A stretch of 50,812 nucleotides of DNA from positions 1 to 50,812 of the forward strand of contig DAHVNA010000013.1 of NCBI GenBank assembly GCA_027319565.1. Direction: 5' to 3'. The translations under genes were made by a program, and so were the position numbers. Positions 10,690 through 19,203 of the stretch are shown here, piece after piece. Numbering within the stretch: the stretch's first letter is position 1; each line of letters begins with the position of its first letter. Under the pieces are notes generated by a model that saw nothing but the letters and a program-made list of their open reading frames with translations, did no database searches and had not been told where the DNA came from. Origin of the DNA: Elusimicrobiota bacterium. GTDB taxonomy: Bacteria > Elusimicrobiota > Elusimicrobia > UBA1565 > UBA9628.

Positions 10690-11715
10690 TTAAATTAATC
10701 CGCGGCGCAAAATTTCTTCGGCAATCTGCACGGAGTTTAAAGCCGCGCCTTTGACCAGATTGTCCATCGCAATCCACAAAACGATCTCGGAAAGAGAACA
10801 GCCGAATCTTACGCGGGAGACAAAAACCTCTTCTTTTCCGGCGCAGGAAAGCGGAGTAGGATAGAGAGAATCCGGCTTAAGCGCGGATGAGCGTGAAATC
10901 AATTTTTTCGCTTCATTTAAAGAGATGGGGGCTTTCAAGGTCATCCATGCCGACAAACAATGGCCTCTCAATGTCGGAACGCGAACCGCCGTGACACTGA
11001 TTTTAAGATTCGGAGCCTTCCAGACTTTCCTCAACTCAAAAGCAACCTTATTTTCTTCCGCAGAATATCCCTCAGCGTCAAAGGATCCAACCTGGGGAAA
11101 GACATTGGCAAAAATTGGCCGCGGCAAACGGGAATATTTTCCCATATTTAAAATCGGAACGCGGCCCGTTTTTAAGGGCAGATTTTTGATTTGGGCTTTA
11201 CTCTCGGAAAAAAAATCCTCAAGGGCCATACGCCCCGCCCCCGACACCGCTTGATAAGAGGAAAGCCGGATTTCTTTGACTCCAATTTTCTTATGCAGCC
11301 AATATCCGGCGACGCCCAAACCGGTCATCGTGCAATTAGGACCCGCAATCAAACGGGATTTCCCGGAAATTTCTTCTCCGTTGACTTCGGGAATCACCAG
11401 AGGCACGCTAGGATCGCTTCTAAAAGCAGAACTGTCATCAATCACCCAAGATCCCAAGGCCGCTAATTTCTTGGCCCACCTTCGGGAAACTTCATCGGAG
11501 CTGACAAAAAAAATAATTTGATTTTTCTTGGCTTCGCCAAAGTTGAATTTTTTAACTGGAAGTTTTTTCCCCTTAAAGAAAACGCCCTGATTTGATTTCC
11601 CTGAGGAAAAACAATGGATCTCTTGAAGCGGAAATTTTCTTTTTTCTAAAAAAAAGAGAAGCTCGCGCCCGACTAGACCCGTTGCCCCCACGACCGCCGC
11701 TGATAATTTCGGCAT
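10690..11715 (-). CDS. asd: Aspartate-semialdehyde dehydrogenase
   Basis: VVGATGLVG, IDDSSAFR, PLVIPEVN, PNCT, YQAVSGAG, VRVP..GH, DNLVKGAALNSVQIAE. Confidence 0.95.
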   Translation of the reverse strand: MPKLSAAVVGATGLVGRELLFFLEKRKFPLQEIHCFSSGKSNQGVFFKGKKLPVKKFNFGEAKKNQIIFFVSSDEVSRRWAKKLAALGSWVIDDSSAFRSDPSVPLVIPEVNGEEISGKSRLIAGPNCTMTGLGVAGYWLHKKIGVKEIRLSSYQAVSGAGRMALEDFFSESKAQIKNLPLKTGRVPILNMGKYSRLPRPIFANVFPQVGSFDAEGYSAEENKVAFELRKVWKAPNLKISVTAVRVPTLRGHCLSAWMTLKAPISLNEAKKLISRSSALKPDSLYPTPLSCAGKEEVFVSRVRFGCSLSEIVLWIAMDNLVKGAALNSVQIAEEILRRGLI

Positions 11716-11723
11716 CGCTGATT

Positions 11724-12698
11724 TTAAGGAATGGGCACGGGCGGGCTAAAGCCGGTATTGCCGCTTTCATCTTCCGCGGCCCCGCGCAGATAATTGCCGC
11801 TTTTGAGGAGAGAATTATCGAATGAAAAATAAAAAGGAGGCATATGCAGAACCGGGCTCATCCTCTCCCAATTGAGTTGATCGTCGGAAGATTCAATCCA
11901 AACCCCAGCGATGTCTTTTCCGGAGGCGGAAAAGCGGACAATGGAATGAGAAACTCCTTGAGAGATGGAAAAATCCGCGACCGTCACCGGCGTTTGCGCT
12001 CCGGGGCCGATGAGTTTAATGGCCAAGGCGGGAAAGATATTGATCGGGGTTTCCAGCGAGCCTTCAACCGAACGCGGCGGAACTCCTGAAATGCTGTGAT
12101 TATTCCAAGCCGAAGGCTCTTGGTTGGGAGAATTTTCAGGCATCGCCGCCGCCAACACCGGAGAACTCGCGACAGAAGTGAAATACTCCGTCGGCGACCA
12201 AATAATCAAATAATTGGGCTGGGTAAAGCTAATCATGCTCACTGGAACTTCGGCCCAAAACCAAAGCCCCTTGCCGCGCGAGTTCTTCGATTCCGGAGAA
12301 TCGGGATCAACGGGAATATCGGAGGTGGCCGTCAAAAAATAACTTTGCTCGGATGAAAACGCCGGGGCTTGGGCGATGGCCATATAGATTTTTCCGTCGA
12401 TGACGTCTCTTTCCCACGGCTTGTCGGGGTTGGGCTGGGTCTTGGCGCGGCCGATTTTTGCGCCGATAAAAGCGCGGGTAAAATTCCCAACCGGAGCGGA
12501 AGGAAGTTTCACAATCCAGGCATTGTTAAAGCCGATATACCAATTTCCATCCGGACCTCCGTCGGAAAACCGATTATAACCGCGAATATTCGGCAAAAGG
12601 GAAACATAATTTGGCAGATCCGAGCTAGTAGAAATCGTGACGCCATATGAAAATTTTGGTAGGCCCAAAAAACAAAAAAATGTAATAAATTTAATCAT
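11724..12698 (-). CDS. Hypothetical exported protein
   Basis: 324-aa ORF with signal-peptide-like N-terminus; ATGA overlap with the parB stop; aromatic/Pro-rich beta-like composition. Confidence 0.75.
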   Translation of the reverse strand: MIKFITFFCFLGLPKFSYGVTISTSSDLPNYVSLLPNIRGYNRFSDGGPDGNWYIGFNNAWIVKLPSAPVGNFTRAFIGAKIGRAKTQPNPDKPWERDVIDGKIYMAIAQAPAFSSEQSYFLTATSDIPVDPDSPESKNSRGKGLWFWAEVPVSMISFTQPNYLIIWSPTEYFTSVASSPVLAAAMPENSPNQEPSAWNNHSISGVPPRSVEGSLETPINIFPALAIKLIGPGAQTPVTVADFSISQGVSHSIVRFSASGKDIAGVWIESSDDQLNWERMSPVLHMPPFYFSFDNSLLKSGNYLRGAAEDESGNTGFSPPVPIP

Positions 12699-13567
12699 TT
12701 TTTAAAAAATTGAGAGAGTCTCTCAAACTCTTCTAAATTATAGAAATGAATGACAATCTGCCCCGCTTCTCCGCTTTTTTGCATGCGAATCTCGACATTC
12801 GTTCCTAACATTTCCCGCCACCTCGATTCTTGAGCCGCCACATCCGGAGACTTAGATTCCTGTTTTTTCTGACCGCGTTTATTGGTCGCGCTATGGGTTT
12901 GGCGAGATAAATCCTCGGTTTCCCGCACCGAAAGTTTATTTTCTAAAACCGTTTTAAAAATCCGATTTCTTTCCAGGGCATCGGGAATCATTAATAGAGC
13001 GCGGGCATGGCCCTCGCTGATTTGGCCAAATTGAACGGCCTTTTGTATCTCTTCGGACAAGTCCAACAAGCGCAAGGTATTGGAAACCGCCGATTTTGAT
13101 TTTCCCACGGTATGCGCCAAATCATTTTGAGAAATTTGAAATTCCTTTATCAAGCGCAAATAGCCCAAGGCCTCTTCAATGGCATTTAGATCTTGCCTCT
13201 GAAGATTTTCAATGAGCCCCACCAACATGCGCTCTTTCTTTGATTTAGATTCTCTGACCAATACTTCTACTTCTTTAAGCCCGGCTAAGACACAAGCTTT
13301 TAAGCGCCTTTCTCCCGCGATTAACTCATATGAATCCCGGGCCGCGTCGTAGGACGCCAAAAGCGGTTGAGCCAAACCATGTTGTTTAATGGAAGACGCT
13401 AATTCAGAAATTTTTTCCGGGTCGAAATTTTTGCGCGCTTGTAAGGGACTTGGATGAATTTTCTCAACTGGGACCAAGCGTAAAGCCCCCTCTTCTTTTT
13501 TCCCATCCTCTTTTGGCTCTTCAATAGAAATCAAAGCTCCAAGTCCTCGCCCTAATGCTTTTCTCAT
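12695..13567 (-). CDS. parB: Chromosome partitioning protein ParB
   Basis: ALGRGLGAL, QARKNF, LIAGERRLKA, IENLQRQDLNAIEEA, HTH GKSKSAVSNTLRLL, GHARALL. Confidence 0.96.
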   Translation of the reverse strand: MRKALGRGLGALISIEEPKEDGKKEEGALRLVPVEKIHPSPLQARKNFDPEKISELASSIKQHGLAQPLLASYDAARDSYELIAGERRLKACVLAGLKEVEVLVRESKSKKERMLVGLIENLQRQDLNAIEEALGYLRLIKEFQISQNDLAHTVGKSKSAVSNTLRLLDLSEEIQKAVQFGQISEGHARALLMIPDALERNRIFKTVLENKLSVRETEDLSRQTHSATNKRGQKKQESKSPDVAAQESRWREMLGTNVEIRMQKSGEAGQIVIHFYNLEEFERLSQFFKK

Positions 13568-14397
13568 GCAGTCTCCCCTAAAGCCACGGAATCTCTTTCA
13601 CTCGATCTCTCTGAAACCGAATCCAATACGCACAAATATTCCAGACGCGCCAAAATTTCTTTCATCAAATCCAAATAAGCCTGAGCCCCCCGGGATTTGG
13701 GATCATGTTCAAAAATTGTTTTTCCAAACCCCGGCGCTTCGGCCAAGCGAATACTGCGCGGAATGATGGTTTTAAAAAGCTTTTCTTTCATGAATTTTTT
13801 AACCTCTTCTTCAACCTGTTGGGCCAGGCTCATGCGACTGTCAAACAAGGTTAAAAAACATCCTAAAAAATCAAGATGCGGATTGAGCGATTTTTTGACG
13901 AGATGAATGGTATCCACAAATTGGGCCAAGCCTTCCAAGGCATAGTATTCCCCTTGAATCGGAATCAAAACATGGGTGGCGGCGGTCAAGGCATTGACCG
14001 TCAGAAGCCCCAAAGAAGGCGGACAATCAATGAGGACAAATTCAAATTGGCTTTTGATTGCCGCAAAAGAGCCTTTCAAGCGGCTCTCGCGGGCCATGGC
14101 TGGAACCAATTCGACCTCGGCTCCGGCTAAATCCTTTCCAGAACCCGCTAAAAACAAATTTTGAACGGAAGTGGGGCGAATGACTTTATCAATCGGTAAA
14201 AGATCAACCAAGACATTATAAATACTGGGAGAGAAAGAACGTTTGTCAAAACCTAAACCGGAAGTGGCATTTCCCTGGGGATCGGAATCCACAATCAGGG
14301 TTTTAAAGCCCATTTGAGCCAAGGAGGCCCCCAAATTCAAAACCGAGGTTGTTTTACCAACCCCCCCTTTTTGATTCGCCAAGGTAATGATCTTCAA
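13564..14397 (-). CDS. parA: ParA/Soj ATPase
   Basis: NQKGGVGKTT, DPQGNATSG, IDCPPSLG, EYYALEG, IPRSIRLAEAP. Confidence 0.96.
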   Translation of the reverse strand: MKIITLANQKGGVGKTTSVLNLGASLAQMGFKTLIVDSDPQGNATSGLGFDKRSFSPSIYNVLVDLLPIDKVIRPTSVQNLFLAGSGKDLAGAEVELVPAMARESRLKGSFAAIKSQFEFVLIDCPPSLGLLTVNALTAATHVLIPIQGEYYALEGLAQFVDTIHLVKKSLNPHLDFLGCFLTLFDSRMSLAQQVEEEVKKFMKEKLFKTIIPRSIRLAEAPGFGKTIFEHDPKSRGAQAYLDLMKEILARLEYLCVLDSVSERSSERDSVALGETA

Positions 14398-14401
14398 ATA
14401 A

Positions 14402-14417
14402 GTTTTCCCGTGAAAAC
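14402..14417. promoter_or_regulatory. parS-like palindrome in parA 5' UTR
   Basis: GTTTTCCCGTGAAAAC, within the near-perfect palindrome AGTTTTCCCGTGAAAACT, 4 nt upstream of the parA start. Confidence 0.6.
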
Positions 14418-14433
14418 TGCGGCTGTCTGTGTT

Positions 14434-14462
14434 ATGCTAGCAGTTTATAAGAACTGAATCAA
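14434..14462 (-). promoter_or_regulatory. Sigma70-type promoter of parAB
   Basis: TTGATT-N17-TAGCAT with extended TG. Confidence 0.6.
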
Positions 14463-14577
14463 CTCCCCAGAAAATTCGCTCTGGTGACAATGTCGAGCGA
14501 ATAGTCTTCATCGAAATGGTGAATTTTTGGCATCACCCCGGCAGGTCGCAAGTCGGCGTACAGGCAATTCCGCGTTT

Positions 14578-14607
14578 GTCTGGATTGCGGCTTTCGGCCG
14601 CAATGAC
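14578..14607. repeat. REP/RPE-like palindromic element
   Basis: GGATTGCGGCTTTCGGCCGCAATGAC: 8-bp stem ATTGCGGC/GCCGCAAT with GTCATTGCG...GCAATCC ends on the minus strand. Confidence 0.45.
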
Positions 14608-14630
14608 AACGGTTTACGTGAGCTTTTGGG

Positions 14631-15722
14631 TCAACTGGAAGGAATTTTCTTGAGGCGCTGAGACTGTTGATTTCTGTTTAAGGCCAAATCAATAAGAATG
14701 TCCATCAGGGAATGAATTTTGATGCCAGAAAAATCCCAAAGAGCGGGATACATGCTGCTAGAGGTAAAGCCGGGCAAGGTATTAATCTCATTAAAATAAA
14801 TTTTTCCGGTTTTCCGGTCTATTAGAAAATCAACACGTCCTAATCCATAGCAATCAAGCGCTTTAAAAATCTTTAAGGCATATCCTTGAATTTGCCGAAT
14901 TTTTTCCGCACCCAAATTTGCTGGAATCTCGCGTCCTGCGCCATTAGAATTGAGATATTTCGTCTTGTAATCATAAAATCCAGAATGTGGAATTACCTCT
15001 CCCAAGGCGGAAGCGCGTAATTTAAAGCGAGTGTCCGTGGAATAAGGGTCCCCCAGAACCGCGCATTCAATCTCTCGGGGCTCAACCGCTTTTTCAAGCA
15101 AAACCTTATTATCATATTCAAAGGCATTACTAACCGCAAAAGATAATTTCGCTAAAGAAATAACCTTAGAAATTCCCACGGAAGACCCTAATCGCGCCGG
15201 TTTTACAAAAAGAGGGAAGCCCAATTTTTGAGCCACATTTTTTGCCTCGCGAGGAGAATGAATACAAACATAGGGCAAAATTGGAATTTTTTCTTTTTCT
15301 GCCAGGATTTTGGAAAATTCTTTATCCATCCCTAAGGCGGAACCCAAAACCCCGCAACCCACATATGGAACATGAAGCATTTCAAGAAAGCCCTGGACAG
15401 TTCCATCTTCACCCAGGGGTCCATGCAAAACAGGGAAAATCACATCCGGCAAGGTTTTCACGTGAAAAAAATCTGACGCCAAAGAGCGTTGCGTTGACTT
15501 TTTATCCGGTAAACCGGGGGTGTTGGAAATTTTAACTTTTTTAAATTGTTCAATAAATAAAACGTTTTTTTTAATCCACTGCCCGCGCGGAGAGATCCAA
15601 ATCAACTCTTTATCATAGCGATTTGAGTCTAGGGCGTTAAACACAGTTCGGGCGCTCACCAACGAAACATCTCTCTCCGCCGATTCCCCCCCGCACAAAA
15701 CCCATACTCTTTTTTTAACCAT
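14631..15722 (-). CDS. ddl: D-alanine--D-alanine ligase
   Basis: GGESAERDVSLVSA, LHGPLGEDG, MDK, FVKPARLGSSVG, FYDYKTKY, NEINTLPGFT..SMYP. Confidence 0.96.
   Translation of the reverse strand: MVKKRVWVLCGGESAERDVSLVSARTVFNALDSNRYDKELIWISPRGQWIKKNVLFIEQFKKVKISNTPGLPDKKSTQRSLASDFFHVKTLPDVIFPVLHGPLGEDGTVQGFLEMLHVPYVGCGVLGSALGMDKEFSKILAEKEKIPILPYVCIHSPREAKNVAQKLGFPLFVKPARLGSSVGISKVISLAKLSFAVSNAFEYDNKVLLEKAVEPREIECAVLGDPYSTDTRFKLRASALGEVIPHSGFYDYKTKYLNSNGAGREIPANLGAEKIRQIQGYALKIFKALDCYGLGRVDFLIDRKTGKIYFNEINTLPGFTSSSMYPALWDFSGIKIHSLMDILIDLALNRNQQSQRLKKIPSS
15454..15469. promoter_or_regulatory. parS-like palindrome inside ddl
   Basis: GTTTTCACGTGAAAAA; contains the 14-bp perfect palindrome TTTTCACGTGAAAA, whose core 12 bp are identical to canonical parS. 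Confidence 0.6.
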
Positions 15723-15756
15723 GCAAATAAGTTCCTTTTAAAAAACCAATTGGAAT

Positions 15757-15797
15757 ATTATATAACTCTTGATTCTGTCGCACAATAAAGTTATTAT
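15757..15797. promoter_or_regulatory. Overlapping divergent sigma70-type promoters (ddl and hpt-ftsH)
   Basis: + strand TTGATT-N17-TATTAT (15769-15797); - strand TTGTGC-N17-TATAAT (15785-15757). Confidence 0.55.
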
Positions 15798-15808
15798 AAA
15801 AGGATAAA

Positions 15809-16357
15809 ATGCCATTTGCACACGGAACGCACGAAAAAATTAACGCGGGCATCAAAAAGATCCTGATTCCCGAGGAAAAAATTTTGACGCGCGTCAAAGA
15901 ACTTGGTGAAGAAATCTCCAAGGATTATGCGACAAAAAATCCAATTCTGATTGGCATATTAAAAGGAAGCTTGTTTTTCTTGTCTGATTTGATGCGCGCC
16001 ATCTCTGTGGACTGTTGCGTCGATTTTATGAGTTTGGCCTCTTATTCCGGCGAAAAATCCAATGGGATCGTCAGGCTCCTTTTAGATCTCCGAGAAAGCA
16101 TCGAAGGACGGGACGTTTTGATTGTCGAGGACATCGTCGACACCGGACTGACTTTAAGCTATCTTGAAAATATTTTAAAGACCAGAAATCCTCGTTCTTT
16201 GGAAGTTTGTTCCCTTCTCAGCAAACCCGAATGCCGTAAAAACGCGGTCAAAACCAAGTATGTCGGCTTTAACATTCCCAATGAATTCGTGGTCGGCTAT
16301 GGGCTCGATCTCGACGAAAAATACAGAAATCTTCCGTATATAGGCGTTCTAAAATAA
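15809..16357 (+). CDS. hpt: Hypoxanthine phosphoribosyltransferase
   Basis: ILKGS, VLIVEDIVDTGLTL, FVVGYGLD...YRNLPYI; lies before ftsH as usual. Confidence 0.95.
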   Translation: MPFAHGTHEKINAGIKKILIPEEKILTRVKELGEEISKDYATKNPILIGILKGSLFFLSDLMRAISVDCCVDFMSLASYSGEKSNGIVRLLLDLRESIEGRDVLIVEDIVDTGLTLSYLENILKTRNPRSLEVCSLLSKPECRKNAVKTKYVGFNIPNEFVVGYGLDLDEKYRNLPYIGVLK

Positions 16358-16369
16358 AATTCACTTTCT

Positions 16370-18190
16370 ATGGAAAATAAAAACATTAAACAACTCATTC
16401 TATGGGCCGCGGCCTTTCTCTTAGTGATCGTTCTTTTCAAAAATATCAAAGCGCCCACTGTCTCAGACAAGGAAATTCCTTATTCTGAGTTCAAAACCGA
16501 TCTCAAAGACGGCAAAATCAGCGATGTCAAGGTTCGTCCGGACCTCATTGAAGGAAAAATCAAGGAAGACGACGGGAAAGTGGAAGATTTTAGAACTCTC
16601 CCTCTTCCAGATCTCAATCTCGTGCAAGATCTGGAAAAATATCATGTCAACAATTTTGCCGGAGAACCCGATAGAAGCTGGGTGACAAGCCTGATTGTCA
16701 ATATCGGCTGGGTGGTTCTCTTTTTCGCCCTCTGGTGGATATTCGTCATCCGTCAGGTGCAGATGGGGGGAAAACAAGCGATGTCTTTCGGGAGAACAAA
16801 AGCCCGGGTCGTCGACGACAAGAAGAAAAAAACGACTTTTGCCGACGTGGCCGGCTGCGATGAATCCAAAGAAGAACTTCAGGAAATCGTCGAATTTCTA
16901 AAAAACCCGGCGCGATTTCAAAAACTAGGCGGCAAAATGCCCCGAGGAGTTCTTCTCTTTGGACAACCCGGGACGGGAAAAACTCTATTGGCCCGCGCCG
17001 TATCCGGAGAAGCCGGAGTGCCTTTCTTTACCGCATCCGCCTCGGAATTCGTGGAAATGTTTGTCGGCGTCGGCGCGTCCCGAGTCAGAGATCTTTTCGA
17101 TCAGGCGAGAAAAGCCGCGCCCGCCGTAATCTTCATCGATGAATTAGACGCGGTGGGAAGACACCGATTCGCTGGAATTGGAGGGGGACACGATGAAAGA
17201 GAACAAACCCTCAACCAACTCCTCATTGAGCTTGACGGCTTTGAGCAAAATCAAGGCATCGTTCTTATCGCCGCGACAAACCGGCCGGATGTTATCGATC
17301 CCGCTCTTCTTCGCCCCGGAAGATTCGATCGCCAAATTCATGTCCCGGCTCCGCATCTTAAAGGAAGAGAAGAGATATTAAAAGTCCACGCTCGGGAAGT
17401 TAAAATGTCTCCCAAAGTGGATTTGTCGGTCATCGCGCGCCGCACCCCGGGCTTTTCAGGAGCGGATTTAGCCAATGTCATCAACGAAGCGGCGCTCCTA
17501 GCCGCGCGAAAAGACAAAATCGAAGTTGAGATGGATGATTTGGAAGAGTCCATTGAGCGCGTCATGGCCGGCCCGCAAAAAAAATCAAGCATCATGTCCG
17601 ACAAGGAAAAAAATATCGTGGCGTATCACGAATCCGGGCATACGCTGGTCGCGAAACTTTTGCCTAATGCCGATCCCGTGCACAAGGTTTCCATCGTTTC
17701 CCGGGGGCATGCCTTGGGGTATACCCTGCAACTTCCGACCGAAGACAAATACCTGACTTCTCGGAGCGAAATTCTCAACCGCCTAGCCGTTCTTCTCGGC
17801 GGCCGTTGCGCGGAAGAATTGGTTTTTAACGAGATCACGACCGGGGCCTCAGATGATCTTTCAAAAGCTTCCTCCTATGCCACCAAGATGGTGACGGAAT
17901 TCGGAATGTCCGATAAGGTCGGCCCCTTGTCTCTCAAAAAACCCGAGCAGGAAATTTTTCTAGGCCGAGACCTTTCGCAACAAAATGGATACTCGGAAAG
18001 AACCGCTCAACTCATTGACGAAGAAGTTAAACGCCTGGTCACCGAGGCCCATGAAAAAGCTAAAAGCCTTCTTACGACACACAAGAAAATTCTAGACGAG
18101 CTCGCGGCGAAATTGTTCGACCGGGAAGTCCTGGATGGAGAAGATATAGACACAATCTTAAAAAATGGGCTTCAAATGGGGATCGCTTAA
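16370..18190 (+). CDS. ftsH: ATP-dependent zinc metalloprotease FtsH
   Basis: Two TM helices, [41 protein letters not shown]. Confidence 0.97.
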   Translation: MENKNIKQLILWAAAFLLVIVLFKNIKAPTVSDKEIPYSEFKTDLKDGKISDVKVRPDLIEGKIKEDDGKVEDFRTLPLPDLNLVQDLEKYHVNNFAGEPDRSWVTSLIVNIGWVVLFFALWWIFVIRQVQMGGKQAMSFGRTKARVVDDKKKKTTFADVAGCDESKEELQEIVEFLKNPARFQKLGGKMPRGVLLFGQPGTGKTLLARAVSGEAGVPFFTASASEFVEMFVGVGASRVRDLFDQARKAAPAVIFIDELDAVGRHRFAGIGGGHDEREQTLNQLLIELDGFEQNQGIVLIAATNRPDVIDPALLRPGRFDRQIHVPAPHLKGREEILKVHAREVKMSPKVDLSVIARRTPGFSGADLANVINEAALLAARKDKIEVEMDDLEESIERVMAGPQKKSSIMSDKEKNIVAYHESGHTLVAKLLPNADPVHKVSIVSRGHALGYTLQLPTEDKYLTSRSEILNRLAVLLGGRCAEELVFNEITTGASDDLSKASSYATKMVTEFGMSDKVGPLSLKKPEQEIFLGRDLSQQNGYSERTAQLIDEEVKRLVTEAHEKAKSLLTTHKKILDELAAKLFDREVLDGEDIDTILKNGLQMGIA

Positions 18191-18240
18191 GTTATAATAA
18201 TCCATACGTCTTAAAATACGATTAAAAAGGGAGAAAGAAT

Positions 18241-18774
18241 ATGCCTTCAAAAAATAAACGCTTTACCTTAAAATATCCGATCGCCATTCTAGGCCTGGCG
18301 ATTCTGGGATTAGCGGCCTGCAAAAAAATGGCCGCTGGTAACCAAACCATTCAGAAAGGCTCGGTCGTCCAGATCGACTATACGCTTACAGTTGATAACA
18401 AAGTAGTCGACACTTCCGTCGGCAAAAAACCTTTGATGTTTATCGAAGGATCCGGCCAAATTATTCCGGGTCTTGACAGCGCCTTGATGGGGCTTAAGGC
18501 CGGCGACAAGAAAACCGTTGTCGTCTCTCCTGAAAATGGCTATGGCATCGTCAACCCCAAGGCCTTCGTCAAGGTTCCCAAAACTTCTTTCAAGGATATC
18601 GCTTCCCTTAAAGTAGGTTCGTCGGTGGGAGGTTCTCAAAACGGAAGACATTTTCAGGCGGTCGTTTCTTCTATCGGGAAAAAACACATCACCTTAGACT
18701 TTAACCCTCCGCTGGCGGGAAAAACATTGAACTTCGATGTCACCGTGGTCAGTGTCGCCGCGGGAAAATCCTAA
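18241..18774 (+). CDS. SlyD-type FKBP peptidyl-prolyl isomerase with lipoprotein signal
   Basis: G.GQIIPGL..ALMG...GD...V.PENGYG and DFNPPLAGKTLNFDV; lipobox LAAC. Confidence 0.85.
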   Translation: MPSKNKRFTLKYPIAILGLAILGLAACKKMAAGNQTIQKGSVVQIDYTLTVDNKVVDTSVGKKPLMFIEGSGQIIPGLDSALMGLKAGDKKTVVVSPENGYGIVNPKAFVKVPKTSFKDIASLKVGSSVGGSQNGRHFQAVVSSIGKKHITLDFNPPLAGKTLNFDVTVVSVAAGKS

Positions 18775-18792
18775 GATACCAGATTGATATAG

Positions 18793-18821
18793 AAAAAAGC
18801 GCCCTTAACCGGGCGCTTTTT
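18793..18821. terminator. Bidirectional intrinsic terminator
   Basis: AAAAAAGCGCCC-TTAACC-GGGCGCTTTTT between convergent genes. Confidence 0.8.
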
Positions 18822-19191
18822 ATTTAGGATAGGCTGAAAATAAAAGAAGAGCCCATCCCATGAGAAATGAAAGCCCTCCCAAGGGCGTGATCCATCCAAT
18901 TTTTTTAATCCCGCTTAAAGACAGAGAGTAAAGACTTCCGGAAAATAAGAGAATCCCGGCGATAAAAAGATATCCCGCCCACGAAACCCCACGCGAAGGA
19001 TTTCTAACGACAAGGCCCGCTACGATAAACAAGGCCAAGGCATGATAGATTTGATATTGAACTCCGGTTTCATAAACCTGTTTCATTTCCGGAGAAAGGA
19101 TATGCTTAAGCCCGTGAGCGCCAAAAGCTCCCAAGGCTATGCCTAAAAACATAAAAAGGCTTCCCATCTGAATCCAAAACCTAGAACTCAT
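18820..19191 (-). CDS. DUF423 (YgdD/TMEM256) membrane protein
   Basis: LGAFGAHGL, YQIYHALAL, LFSGSLY, ITPLGG..F..GW. Confidence 0.9.
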   Translation of the reverse strand: MSSRFWIQMGSLFMFLGIALGAFGAHGLKHILSPEMKQVYETGVQYQIYHALALFIVAGLVVRNPSRGVSWAGYLFIAGILLFSGSLYSLSLSGIKKIGWITPLGGLSFLMGWALLLFSAYPK

Positions 19192-19203
19192 CTCGCCCCA
19201 ACC

